Assembly (NCBI GenBank): GCA_030390025.1
Contig: CM059430.1
Span: forward strand, 47,306,001-47,370,000
DNA length: 64,000 nucleotides
Source of the DNA: Squalus acanthias
Lineage: Eukaryota
Reading direction: 5' to 3'
In this document: piece by piece, positions 51,626 to 64,000 of the stretch
How positions within the stretch are numbered: the first letter of the stretch is position 1
Layout of the letters: the number at the start of each line of letters is the position of its first letter
Program-made: the position numbers and the translations under genes
The notes under the pieces: generated by a model
What the model was told of the DNA's origin: nothing
The model's input: only the letters and a program-made list of their open reading frames with translations
Database searches by the model: none

Positions 51626-54548
51626 TCTGTTTTTTTCTTTGTAGAGATATATGGGCAGTAGAGCTAGCATCTCCAGCCATCTGGAACTGTGGCACTAATG
51701 GAATATCACAAGCATTGGCTCTGGAAATTCCCATCTGCTCTTTTCCCATTATTTCCCCATACAACAGTAGACTGCACTACTGATCTACGAATGTATAAAA
51801 TTTTTATCCCACTTAATTTACGGTATATACCTAATGGAAAGAGAAGGAGCCCAGCCACAAAACAAAATTAATCCCTCCCCCCGCTACATAAATTGAGCAC
51901 TCAAATCAAGTTAGACATTACTCAATAAAATGGGGACAGGCCATAGGCTCCAGCAGTACCCCAGGGAACTTTATAACCAAGTTCAGTTACAATCAAGGTG
52001 ACAAATCTCATGAAGTCTTGTATTGTTTTATATAGTGGATTTCGAAAATACATCAGAAACATAATGACACAATAATGCATTTCAGACAGGGCAAGATCAT
52101 TGGTCCATCCAACCTGCTCATCCAATTATATGCTCTCTCTCATAAAATAGGTCTATAATATCATTTATCAAATTTAATGATCATGGATTATTTCAGATGC
52201 CAGGAACTTATCTATTTTGTTTTTGAAATGCCTTAGCATTTCTTGTTTGACCACATGTACTCAGTTTGTTCCACACGTTGATCACCCTTCTGCTAAAGAA
52301 ATTCTATCGGAACTGCTTATTTCCATTAATTTCCTTGTCTTGAATCGATGCTGTGGTTCAGGAGTTCTGTATACAGCAGAAAAATATACCTGTTTACAAC
52401 TTACCAAACTCCTTCTTCATTTTATAAACTATTACCAAGAGAGGAAAGTCCCAGGGTTCAAGATCACTCTTCACAGCTCACTCCTCTAAATTCTGGTATC
52501 AATCTCGTTAGCCTCTACTTAACCCTGTCCAATTACATAGTATACCTTTTTAAATAGAGCAGCCAAAACTGGACGCCATACTCCAGATATGGTGTTTAAT
52601 TTCAAAATTACCACGTTTAGTAGAAATATTACACCCCTTTCTAAAATGTAAACCGTGGGAGAGTCAAAGAGTTAAGGGTGATACTTAACGGCTTCATAGC
52701 TTGAACTATTAACAAGATGATAGTGATGGACTACCAGGTCCTAGAAATTTTGCAGGGCTACCACTGGCCTCCCCGTAACTTCTGCGGGAGGGTTGTTTAT
52801 CTAGGGTTTCCAAAGTTACAGCGGGAGACCAGTGGTAGCCCCCATGGAATCTCTGGCTCCCTGGTCCGCTGAGGTCTCTTCAATGACAGTGGCTTCAGAG
52901 AGCCCTAATGATGCACTGCCAGTATACAGCAGCTGCCGCATGATTAATCTCTTCCCAAGTAGTACTATTGAAAGGTTCTGTTTGCAAGTCATTAATTCCA
53001 GATGGCAATGTCCTTTTAAATGCATCTTGAGGCTTTCTGCAGTTACTATGGACACCTGACTGTGCTCAGTGATTGCTGCGGCAGAATTTACGTAGAGCTG
53101 GTTAATAAAAAGTAATCCAAATTGTTCAATCTGTATAATTATAATCACCAGTTCCATACTTCACTTTAGTAAAGCCAAGCAAGCCCATGGAATGCACTGT
53201 TCATTTACTTAATCTTCCAACCAGATATTCAACTCAGGATGAACTTGGTTGAAGAGCTATCATTGTACTTAGCCAACAATGTATGGCATCCATTAATTCA
53301 GTTGTGGGGAGTTGTAAATGCTTTCCCCAGGGTGTCTTAACAGGAGATGTCCCTCTCAGTGGGTTACCCTGGGAAAATGCAGCATTTTAAACATAGACTC
53401 TTCTTCCTTGGTTACATTTAGATTTCCTCTTAACATTAACAAGAAAACTATAAGAGAACAGGTCACTCAGTTTATTGTTATGGTGATTACATTTGAAACC
53501 AGCAGCTTTAGCATATTGCATGCAGTGCCTAAAGCAACACTACAATCTAAAAATAAAAGTACTTTTTTAAATGAAGCTCAAGGTCTACAGTTTTACTTAG
53601 CCAGAAGTAATGGCTGTACATTAAGTTGCCATCGTGCAGGATTTTATTATTTCCCCTGTGGTGTATAAGCTTTATAGAAGTTTCATCAACATAATAGCAG
53701 TTTTCTTTATTAATTTAGATTTTTTCCCCATACTTTTACTGTTGCACACCCTCCTCAGCAAACACAAAATGAAATTCTTTATCCAACTATGTTGTCAGCT
53801 GGTGTGGTGTGGTGGGTGCTGTCTCTCGGCATGCCTTCAAGAGGGAGCTGGACTGGTTTTTGACTGGGGCAGAGATCGCATCAACTAGAAGGTAAGTGCC
53901 TTTATTGGTAAAACTTGGTCCATGTGATCTCCTGGACTGGTTTTGATCGCTTAAGGGGGTTGGAGAGGAATATTCCAGGGTATTATTTCCTTTATAGGTC
54001 CAGGGTTTTTCTCTGTGTTTTCACCTCTCCTAGGAGATTACATGGATGGGGTAGGCGCGGGGGTAAAGAGTGTTTAGGCATAATGTTTCAGCCATCATGA
54101 GGTGTGGCCAGGCTTGATGGCGCAGCTGATCTTTGCCTGCCCGTCACTTTTGTATGTTCATATGAAAGAGACATTTTTCCTTAGTTTTTAATTTCATCCC
54201 CCTTTACTCCTTTTCACGAGTAGCCAGGCGATCTGTGTCGAGACCTCTCCCACTTGAACTCATTCTCTTGGCTTCTTCCTAACCGGGGGACTCTCTCCTC
54301 CTTCAGCTGGCTGACATTTAGCACTCGCTGCCCATTCAGCCGAGAGGGGCAGGAGGGAGACGAGCCTGCGGCCCACCATTTCGTGCCGTGGGCCTAATGC
54401 GTCAGTGGGCCAACACCCTGCCACCAGTAGCTTTACTTTAGTTTTTTTTAAACAGGCTTCGCTTCCTTTAGGGAGTTCTTTTCTCATGTTTCGTTTTGCC
54501 AGCCTGGTTTGTAGAATCGGCAGAGTTAGTAGATAACCTTTCCCTATC

Positions 54549-54812
54549 CAGGGCTGCTAACTCTGGTTGGACATATTCCTGGAGGTTACATCACATGACC
54601 TCCAACCGCCCCACCCAATGAAACAGACATTTTTCCTCATCTCCAATATTTTTACAACTAAAAAACAAAAGAGTTCAAAGAAAATGAAAAAAAACCACAA
54701 TTTTTTTTAATGCTCCTATGATCTTTCCCTTGCGTTGCTCACAGCAGTGTCCATCCGATTAACTTTTAATTCCTGGTGACTCCAGGACAATCATGGAGGG
54801 TTGGCAACGCTA
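54549..54812. mobile_element. hAT-type MITE
   Basis: Termini CAGGGCTGCTAAC / GTTGGCAACGCTA. 8-bp TSD TCCCTATC / TCCCCATC. A related end fragment lies at ~7573-7640. Confidence 0.7.
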
Positions 54813-56569
54813 TCCCCATCACCTTCTTGGTATGTTTTGTTTGGACCCCACAGCACTTAGTGCAAATTTACCAAGACCCACTGGGAAAGAAGTAAAGTTA
54901 ATGGGTAACAGCAGGCAGCAGTAACATGTACAGCGAGTTGTGTGTTGCTTAAAATAAGAGATAAATGTGCTCACTTTCCCAACACATTACTGCCACACTG
55001 TAACGTGAATTTGTTTCCAGTGTTTCGGTACAAATCAGCTGCCAGATCAGAAATAAAAGCCTTTCTCTCAGACCTCACATACTCCCCTTTCCTCTGCCCA
55101 TTCGGAAACAAGCTTATGTGAACATTTCAGGAATGTGCTACTTTCCCAAAGAAATGCATCTCATCCCAATAATGGAGGGAATGGCATTTCCTCTCTGGGG
55201 CTAAGGCTCTCTGGGGTTACCTTTGCTATTTGGTAATGAGCTCACAAGCACAACATACAATTAAATTAAAGACATGCAGGTCCTCCCACAACCCCTCCTC
55301 TGACTTCATCGCTGCTTTCAGATTTTGTGAGGCTTGGGAAGACGTTTTGGAGAATTGGGAGAATTATATTACAGGGTAGGAATTTTGCAGGTCACTTGTA
55401 TTACACTGGAACCCTCGGAGTACTGAATGACCCTCACCCCACCTTCCAAATCCTCAACTTTTCCATCAGAAAAAAAATCTATCAAAATGATTTAATATAT
55501 CGATTGTGTGCTAATTATGAAATACAATTACAGAAAGTTAAATGGTAATACATTACTTTCTAGGTTATCTACATAATGCAAAACTATGCATCATGTACAA
55601 CACGGGTTTTACTTTTCATATGCTATCATATGAGATAAAAATATTTTAAAGGTGCTCCTATCTGCCTAATTAGCATACACCAGTACCATATGCAGGAGAA
55701 TGCCCGCTTGTAACTGTACTGACAGATCTGTGGAACCTTATATTCAGAGTACCAGGGTTCAAATGCCAGCCTGGACTGTTATATGGTGAGTGACTGCCTT
55801 GGCCAAATTCAGCTGGTTCTCAGCTAGGGAACAACAGCAAGGGGAATTTGAGCCCCCCACAATGGGCGGGAGAGGGGCAGGGGGGTTAAAAATTTAAAAA
55901 TGGGAAATCCGACCCCAAACCGTTTTAACGGAGGGGTTTTATGGGTGGGGGGAGGGTGGATGACTAACCTACTCTCCAGAGGCGGGCCCGTCATTTAACT
56001 TTTTTAATGAGCCTGCGTGCCTCAGATTTTAGGACAGTTTTAAATTTAATGCCTGTGGGCTGGGTTCCCCAGGGCTCGGGAAACTTGGCCCTGAAGGGAG
56101 GCGAGAACGGTCGGGTCCAGCAGGTAACTGCCTTTCCAGCACTGCTTGTGGGCCAGGAGGAGCAGGAGTGCTTCCCCCCGGCCCCCTAAGCTAACATGCT
56201 TCCCTCTTGCGATCGTATCCCACCCCCCCAATCTACTGACAGTCCACGATCCCCCGTCTGCCCACCCGCGACCTACTGACGGTTGCCGATATCCTCCCCG
56301 GCCCTCCACGATGTCCCCCCCGACACATGATCTCTCCCTCCTCACCGCTCCCTGGCTGCAGCCTGGTGCCGCAGGCCTTCCCACCTGACAGCCAGCCAAG
56401 CCTCTCAATTTAGCTGGCTGCCGGCCAGGTAACGGAGTCAAAAAATTTAAACCCACTTTTCCCGGCTGTTACACCTCCCCTTCTGCTGCATCCCCCACAC
56501 GCCGTGTTACGGAGAGCAAAGAAAATGTCCCCCTGGAAAATCCAGAGCTTTGTACCGGGGTTCCCCGAT

Positions 56570-56890
56570 AGCCCAGAAAGTTCATCCAGTGAGCCAAACA
56601 GGCCAGGGAGGTCCAAGATTTGATTTCTGATCGGTGTTGTGTTAGTTGATTTCAGCCAGGGTGGTAGCCTCAGGAGAAAATCAGTCTGGACTCCTGCTTC
56701 TGATTTCCACCCAGCTATCCTTATTGGAAGTGTGTGCGTGCACTGGATTAGGAAAGGATCAGATTCAGTTGTGATGCCTCCTAGAATTGACTAGCCGACC
56801 AGCATTCACACATGAATAATGGGCTACCCATACCCATAGAATCATAGCCCGGCAACAAGTCAACAGCTTCAGGAGGTAAGAGTGGGAAGC
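56570..56890 (+). mobile_element. Second SINE-like family copy
   Basis: GAGCCAAACAGGCCAGGGAGGTCC...GTTAGTTGATTTCAGCCAGGGTGG...GCTTCAGGAG. Confidence 0.55.
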
Positions 56891-57434
56891 AGTGATAATA
56901 ATGACCACATAAGATTACAAGGCCCATTCCATCTATTCCACCCAACATCGCCCACCAGAGAATATTACATCCTCCGCATGAGCGCAGACTGCTCCTAATT
57001 CTTAGGTTCTTATTATGTTCTCATCACAAGGAGTTGAAAGGATTTTTTAAAATATCTGTAATGTAGAAACTGATTATGTATCTTGCTCTTGTACTAGTTT
57101 GGGAATCTGGTCGGACTGATTTAGAATGGTGGTATAATGGTCAGGATGTCTGATCTCCAGCAATCCAGGAGAAGGGGGGAGGGGGCGGTGTATGTGATCC
57201 TGATAATTTGACGTGGAGAATATGATCATTTGTGGCAGGAAGGGGTTAAAATCTCTGATTCCAAGCAACTTTTGGTGGGTATGCATCTACGGAGAGAGAA
57301 CTTGTCCATTGCCCGATTTCCCTTCCCCTTACCCACACAAACACACTCACTTGACAGTATTGTTTCATGTAATTGCCAGCCGTTACTGGGTAGTGAGTTA
57401 GATGTACTGTAAAGCACACTAATATTACTCTGTC

Positions 57435-57570
57435 GATAGCAAAATACTGCGGATGCTGGAAAATTGAAACAACAACAGAAAACGCTGGAAAAACTCAGCA
57501 GGCCAGGCAACATCCGTGGAGAGAGAAACAGAGTTAACGTTTCAGGTCGAAACCCTTCGTCAGAACTGAG
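57435..57570 (-). mobile_element. Short Penelope-like hammerhead element, copy D (with tail)
   Basis: Same body as copies A-C, with the ~32-nt tail (TTTCCAGCATCCGCAGTATTTTGCTATC) and an intact hammerhead. A purine-rich stretch follows on the + strand. Confidence 0.75.
57532..57567 (-). ncRNA. Minimal type I hammerhead ribozyme motif (GUU triplet)
   Basis: Minus strand AGUU-CUGACGA-A-GGGU(UUCG)ACCU-GAAAC-GUU^AACU. Confidence 0.72.
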
Positions 57571-58602
57571 AAAAAAAAGCAGGAAATGAAACAGATAAAA
57601 AAGCAAGGGGGAGGAATAAAAGATCAAACACGAGAAGGGAAACTGAAAGCAATGAAGATGAACAAGGTTGAAGAGCCACAATACACTATTAAAGATTTGT
57701 GTTCATTTGTAAAATTAGCCCGCAGAAGAAACAATACCATGAATGCAGAAGTTCACATCCCACTGCATCATTTCCATGTAAACCACATACAAGTCCGAGG
57801 ACAGTCAAGGACAAGTCAAGAGATAACGTAACCCTTTAATATGTCACTCTGCTACGCTGTCTATCTCATTATCTCTAAATTCAGCACAATTGAAATTCAG
57901 CCCCATGTGGTTCTTCCAAGAGAAAAAGGAAGCTGAGGGAGGTAGTTCCATTTAAATGGAGCTATTTGCTCCTGGGCTTTTTACTCTCTCACAAATGTCA
58001 ATGTCTTTGTCATTATGTGCAAGGCCATTAAGCATCAGTGGGAGAGGATACCAAACCCAGCAGCCTGCATTTTTACAACAATGGAACTAACGACACAGTC
58101 CTGCCACTTTTGACTGGAAATTCTTCAAACGCAATCAGATCAATCGCATCCAATTGAAATGTAACCTGAAGTAATCTGCCTGAGCACTGGGACTGTACTG
58201 GGAAAAGCCAAATCCCAACGTTATCAGTTTTTGGGTGAGATTTGGGCATCAGTTACAGGTTCATGGCCTTTACTGAATCTGACTACTGGCGATATTCTGG
58301 AACAAAGAGCAGCTGTTGGTTCATAACATGTTGTCCGATGTCTGCAAAGGTCTGATTTGAGCACGTGTGCAAAGTCAGGTGCTGACGAGACCAATGTCCT
58401 TGTGCAAAACCAGTGAAGAATTAGTCTTCCAATGCAAAAGTAATAACTTGCATCATATTGCTTTAGTTTCTATTTTACTGGCGGACTTTTGTCAGTTACT
58501 GGTCCTGCTGTTTATTGATCCCACTTCTTCCTTCCGAGCGCATGTTATGGTGCGCTGGAATAGAAGACCTTACAACTACCACCCTGACTTCAACCATTAC
58601 TT

Positions 58603-58692
58603 AGGTCATCGACCTGAAACGTTAACTCTGTTTCTCTCTCTACAGATGCTGCCTGACCTGCTGAGTATTTCCAGCATTTTCTGTTTTTATTA
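58603..58692 (+). mobile_element. Short Penelope-like element, copy E (5' truncated within the ribozyme)
   Basis: AGGTCATCGACCTGAAACGTTAACTCTG...CCAGCATTTTCTGTTTTTATT. Lacks CTGANGA. Confidence 0.7.
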
Positions 58693-59099
58693 CTTTTATT
58701 CTGTTTGGAGACTGCCAGCCACTTTCCAAGATTCTAAGAAGGGATCCAGATGAAAAAAAGCAAAGGAAAATGAAGCGGAAATTTGTTAAAATTCCACTAT
58801 TTTGTAAGCCATTGCACAATAAATGCAATAACATCTTCACGCTGACCACAGAGGTTGAGAGTTTAAAGTTTTTGTCGCAACTTCCCACAAACCCTCCCCA
58901 TCCGTCTCATCAATACACAAAACTTTTTAACAAGCAGCAGCTCTTTGTGAATAAGGAGACAGCCCAGGGCAACACAAAATGGAACACATCCATCAACGAG
59001 TCACAGGTAAAAGTGAAGAACACAACAATAATTAGTATGCCTGCATCATTTACATCAACAGTGCAAGATTGATTCTATTCACCGGAAATAGAGAGAGAG

Positions 59100-59220
59100 A
59101 AAAAACCCGGCAAACGCTGGAAACCTGACACAAAAAGAGAAAATGCTGGAAGCATTCAGCAGGTCAGTTAGTATCGGTAAGGAAAAATAAAGTTTCCGAT
59201 ATAACCCTTCATCAAAACTG
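59100..59220 (-). mobile_element. Degenerate copy F of the same family
   Basis: GAAAATGCTGGAAGCATTCAGCAGGTCAG body and a decayed TTGATGAAGGGTT...GAAAC core. Confidence 0.5.
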
Positions 59221-59294
59221 AAAGCTGAAAGATAGGCAAGCATTTTAGTAGGGTTGGAATAATAGGAGTAGAAAACCACACTGAAAGAAGTTCT

Positions 59295-59740
59295 ACCTAT
59301 CAGGAAAGGATGAACAGGCTGGGTCTCTTTTCTCTTGGAAAAAGTCTGAGGGGTGACCTAATAGAGGTCTTTAAAATTATGAAAGGTTTTGATAGAGTGG
59401 ATACAGAGAGAGTGTTTCCACTTGCAGGGAAGAGCAAAATTAGAGCCCATCAATGTAAGATAGTCACCAAGAAATCAAATAGGGAATTCAGAAGGAACTT
59501 CTTTACCCAGAGAGTGTCGAGAATGTGGAACTCGCTACCACAGGGAGTGGTTGAAGCGAATAGTATAGATGCATTTAAGGGGAAGCTAGATAAGTATATG
59601 AGGGAGAAGGAAGTAGAGGGTTATGCTGATAGAGTTAGATGAGGAAGGATGGGAGGAGGCTCGAGTGGAGCATAAACGCCAGCATGGACTGGTTGGGCCA
59701 AATGGCCTGTTTCTGTATATTCTATGTAATTCTATGTAAA
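59295..59740 (+). mobile_element. CR1 3' fragment
   Basis: ORF 59310-59642: LRGDLIEVFKIMKG...RRNFFTQRV..MWNSLP, with a (TTCTATGTAA)2 tail. Confidence 0.88.
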
Positions 59741-60839
59741 TAAGGGGAGGTCTGAAATGAAGTCAGAAAATGCTGGAAAATGACAGTAAAGTCAACCTTA
59801 ACCGTACATGCCAACCTCAAAAGCGAGCAAAAGCTGATAAACAGATTCAAAAAAGCTGACGCAGCCCACAGAAAGTTGACGACTCAAGTATGCCCCTAAT
59901 TATAAACCTTTGACTTGAGAAAACAAGTAGTTAAGCAGGCTTTTTACCTTAAGCAGTAAGTATAGCCCACATTCCTTCACTTACATTGGAGGGAGAAATA
60001 AGAAAACTGAAGGTGAAATGCAAACTTGGTGCCTCAATTTTAATGGTCAATTTCCGGAGAGTGTGGGCGGGGGGTAAAAGAGCCCAGGGTAAAACTCCCC
60101 TGAAAAAGCTTTAGTGTTTACATAAAAAATGGTGCATTCTGATTAATTTTAGGTACTTTTATATTCAAAATTGATAGACTTTTAAGCTGGAAAATAAAGG
60201 GAAAGGGCAAAATGGCATTTGGATTCTCAACAGACCAACCAAACTATCACTTCTGGTCACTCCATTTCCCCAAAAGTTACCCTCCCATTTCGAACCTCTC
60301 CCATCTCACTCTTTCCTCTTCCGACTCTTCCAGTTCACACTGACACGTTTTTGTCTTCCCTCAAATCAACCTGGCATTTTTCTTCCAAACCCTTCCTGCC
60401 CCAAGTTCATGCCGGCACTCTTTTTCTTCTTCAACAACCTTCATTCAATTTGGCATTCCCCCTCCCCCCTTTTTCATGTTGGCACATGTTTCCTCATCCC
60501 CCCCCCCCCCAAGCACTGGTTCCAGCTTCCTCTGCCCCTCCACAGCATGGCTCTTCTCTTCTTCCACATACCTCCCCCAAAATGTCGCCCTTAGCTTCTG
60601 CCCCTCTTCCCTCCCAAAGCACTGCTACTGGCTTCAACCCTCTTCTCTTTACCCCTTCCTTTCCCCTTCTTTTCACTGCCCTCCACTTTAACCCCATTCC
60701 TCTACTTCACCCTTCAACGCCAGTCTTATCCAAGCCCCGCTATGACTGGCAGTAATTGCAGTCACTGTGTCCGGGAGCTCCGGCTCTTGCAGGACTTCCT
60801 GCCCACAGTATGCGGTGACCTGAATCACTTCCAGTAACA

Positions 60840-61665
60840 TTAAATATTGGGAAGACCGAAGCCATTGTTTTCGGTCCCCGCCACAAACTCCGTTCCCTAG
60901 CCACTGAATCCATCCCTCTCCCTGAACCACACTGTTTGCAACCTTGGTGTCATATTTGAGCCTGAAATGAGCTTCCAACCACATATCCGCGGCATAACTA
61001 AGACCACCTATTTCCACCTCCGTAACATAGCCCGTCTCCGCCCTTGCCTCAGCTCATCCACTGCTGAAACCCTCATCCATGCCTTTGTTACCTCTAGACT
61101 TGACAATTCCAATGCACTCCTGGCTGGCCTCCCACGTTCTACACTACGTAAACTTGAGATCATCTAAAACTCGGCTGTCCGTGTCCTAACTCGCACCAAC
61201 TCCTGTTCACCCATCACCCCTGTGCTCGCTGACCTACATTGGCTCCTGGTTAAGCAACGCCTCTATTTCAAAATTCTTATCCTTGTTTTCAAATCCCTCC
61301 ATGGCCTCGCCCCTCCCTATCTCTGTAATCTCCTCCAGCCCCACAACCCCCCGAGATATCTGCACTCCTCTAATTCTGCCCTCTTGAGCATCCCTGATTA
61401 TAATCGCTCAACCATCGGTGGTCGTGCCTTCTGTTGCCTAGGCCCTAAGCTCTGGAATTCCCTCCCTAAACCTCTCCGCCTCTTTCCTCCTTTAAGATGC
61501 TCCTTAAAACCTACCTCTTTGACCAAGCTTTTGGTCATCTGCCCGAATTTCGTCTTATGTGGCTTGGTGTTTTAAATTTTTTGTCTTAAAACACTCCTGT
61601 GAAGCGCCTTGGGACATTTTCCTACGTTAAAGGCGCCATATAAATACAAGTTGTTGTTGTTGTAA
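60840..61665 (+). mobile_element. L2-clade LINE 3' fragment
   Basis: ORFs with YFHLRNIARLRP, LIHAFVTSRLD, LADLHWL, GLAPPYL and GPKLWNSLP, plus a (TTG)n tail. Confidence 0.9.
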
Positions 61666-63079
61666 CAGGAGGGTTCAATGGGGAGTAGCGTTGAGGGGAG
61701 AGATGCCCAGTCCACCGATAGTTGTCCACCAATTGCGGAGCAGATATGCTGCCTGGGCCCCCGAAACACTGACCGTCTGTGTGAAATGTGGATAGTTGGC
61801 ATGTATGCTTAACAGGCACTGAATCAGCAGACTGCTGCACACCCACAGGGTATGGCTGCAGGGAGCCTGATTTTCTTTGTGGGCTCAGCCTGATTGTGCT
61901 GATGCATCACATGCAAAACCTGTGTAATTAAAGTGAAGCCTGCAATCCTGCAGGCTTTCCTCCCGACACATTTTTAATATGGCCTGCCCGAAATATTTCT
62001 TCAAGCTGAAACTAGTCGAATTCACAACTCCAGCCCTTGAACAAACAGCAGTTTCACTTGCCAGAGTCGTCATTGTGCACACTTGTGAAAACAAGGTCGC
62101 AGTTTCACAAAATATGAATTAGTCTCGCACCTAGGGTATAATTTCTAAAAGAGTAAAATTCAATACAAGTTATTAAAGCCAAACTGTTTGCTTCTCATGA
62201 TTGAATCATAGAATAGTACAGCACAGAAGGCGGCCATTCGGCCCGTCAAGTCTGTACCAGCTCTTTCGAAGAACAATCTAGTTAGTTCCACTCCCCTGCT
62301 CTTTCCCCATATCCCTGCAATTTTTTCCTCCCTGAGCGCACAATAAATGAAGAGAAATTAATTCCATTTCGATCTTTAGGTCACAAGGATGATTTTCGAA
62401 GTCTGGGCTCCAACGGGCAGCCTTGCCTGTTCGCAGTACATAGCGGAAACCTGGGCCCATGAATGTCCAGCCATTGTGGAAAGCACACGGCTGAATTCCC
62501 GACACGTGCTGCCAGCTGGTGAGGGTCCCCATCGTCAGCCGGGACTCATCGGCTTCATAAATTCCGCCAGTTCCTGCTGGCAAATCCATACAAGGGCATG
62601 TCGATAACTTCTCAGGCCTATAGCTGGATTTCAATCAGGCAGTAGCCCGTTCACACTGCCTGACAGCAACTTCAGAGAGCTCCACACATGCAAAGTACAA
62701 TGGCACTGGCAAGCACTTTTTCAACCATGATTGACACCCACCACACTGGAATATACTCCATGCCTTCAGGAGAGGGGAGAAAAACGGCCACAAAAATCCT
62801 CTGCATTTTCACTGGAGAGCATGGTGCTCTCCTGCTTTTTCTTTTCCCTGGTAAACAATGGCCAATCTGATCGTTTCCTTCAAATGTCTCCTACCTTTTA
62901 GATTTAAAAAAAAAAGCTTTTTCTTGCTAATTTTCTCTCCTTCGACGTTTCATCAGGAAAAATGGGAAGAATGAACAGGAGGATATATATACTCTTCACA
63001 ACTGATGCTGTCCTCAATCACCTTTGCCCTCCCCCCAGGAAGAGGTACTGATATTCTAGATTAAGAAATGAAGTGAGAA

Positions 63080-63800
63080 TGAATTGTCTTTTATTGCCAG
63101 TTATAAAAATATTGCACATTGGATGAAAAAATGTGTGACATGTGGATACAATGAATGAATTAGCCAAAAGTATCTTGGAAAGGGACTGAGTGCAAGGATC
63201 GATTCATCGCTTTCAACTCTCTATAGGGTAAGCAAAGCAAATAGAATGCTGGAACATATTGCCAGAACAGTAGAATACAGGTCTACAGAGGTTATGTTAA
63301 AGCTTTACGATCCACTAGTTATATCAGACTTGGAGTATTGTGTTCATTTCTAGTCACCAGGCCACAAAATGGGCATACATGCACTGGGAGGATGCGGAGA
63401 GCGAAGAACCACAGGAATTGTCCCAAGTGTAAATGAGAGAAGATGAGAGAAACTCAAGCTGTGTACTCGAGACAGAAGATTAAAGGGTGACCTCACGGAG
63501 GTATACTAAATATTAAATGATATGGACATTTAAAAAAGTAAATATTGCAAGTAAGCTAAAAAGGACTATAGGACTTAAATTGAAATGAAGAAAAGTAAAT
63601 GTAAAACAGATATTACAAAGAATGTCTTTGCTCAAAGGGTGATCAACTTTTGAATAACAGACTAAATATTTGCCTTCAATGGTAATGATATAGAAGCTAT
63701 GCGCCCGGTACAATGAAGATGAAAATTTACCTCAATAAGCCAAACAATGTGGGAGAGATATAGACATTAAGGATTTTCTAAATGTGTTTGATGGATGAGT
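63080..63800 (+). mobile_element. Highly degenerate CR1 fragment
   Basis: TTGGAGTATTGTGTTCATTTCTAGTCACC and TTAAAGGGTGACCTCACGGAGGT remnants. Similar decayed pieces at ~28790-29370 (+) and ~52070-52600 (-). Confidence 0.55.
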
Positions 63801-64000
63801 GTAACATTGGGTGAGGACAGGACTAGGCTCAGCAGTCATAGTTCCCTCAGTCAAACAGTCCATCATCAGTCACTGTCTTGGCTCACATGTGAAGAGATGT
63901 TGGAGGGCTGCTGGTACATCTGGAACTGAACACCACTATGGATCATTTCTTTCAGGAAAGGAAAGGTAAGGGGAGAAATAAAAATGGGTTGGACAAGTAG

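Noticed and set aside
59185-59220. Hammerhead in copy F
   Set aside because: The core is mutated (UUGAUGA) and stems II and III are broken, so it is not a credible ribozyme.
60219-60755. 178-aa Pro/Ser/Phe-rich ORF
   Set aside because: It is low-complexity pyrimidine-rich DNA with no recognisable domain or splice support.

Overview
This is eukaryotic, repeat-rich vertebrate DNA. The SINE/LINE families point to a cartilaginous fish (shark-like). The window lies in the 5' part of the BCAR1 (p130Cas) gene on the minus strand. It holds a short first coding exon (M)MNYL at 48607-48621 and the 765-nt exon encoding the SH3 domain and YQxP region at 27548-28312; no later exon was found. The rest is intronic or upstream sequence containing CR1- and L2-type LINE fragments, Deu-domain tRNA SINEs, a second tRNA-type SINE family, hAT-, pogo- and unclassified MITEs, and two minisatellites. 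The most notable non-gene signal is a family of short Penelope-like elements (about six copies). They carry a minimal type I hammerhead ribozyme core (CUGANGA-stem II-GAAACGUH), and three have 13-15 bp target-site duplications. One forms a palindrome whose arms meet at the predicted self-cleavage site. No prokaryotic-type system is present. Repeat boundaries and family names come from reading by eye and are approximate.
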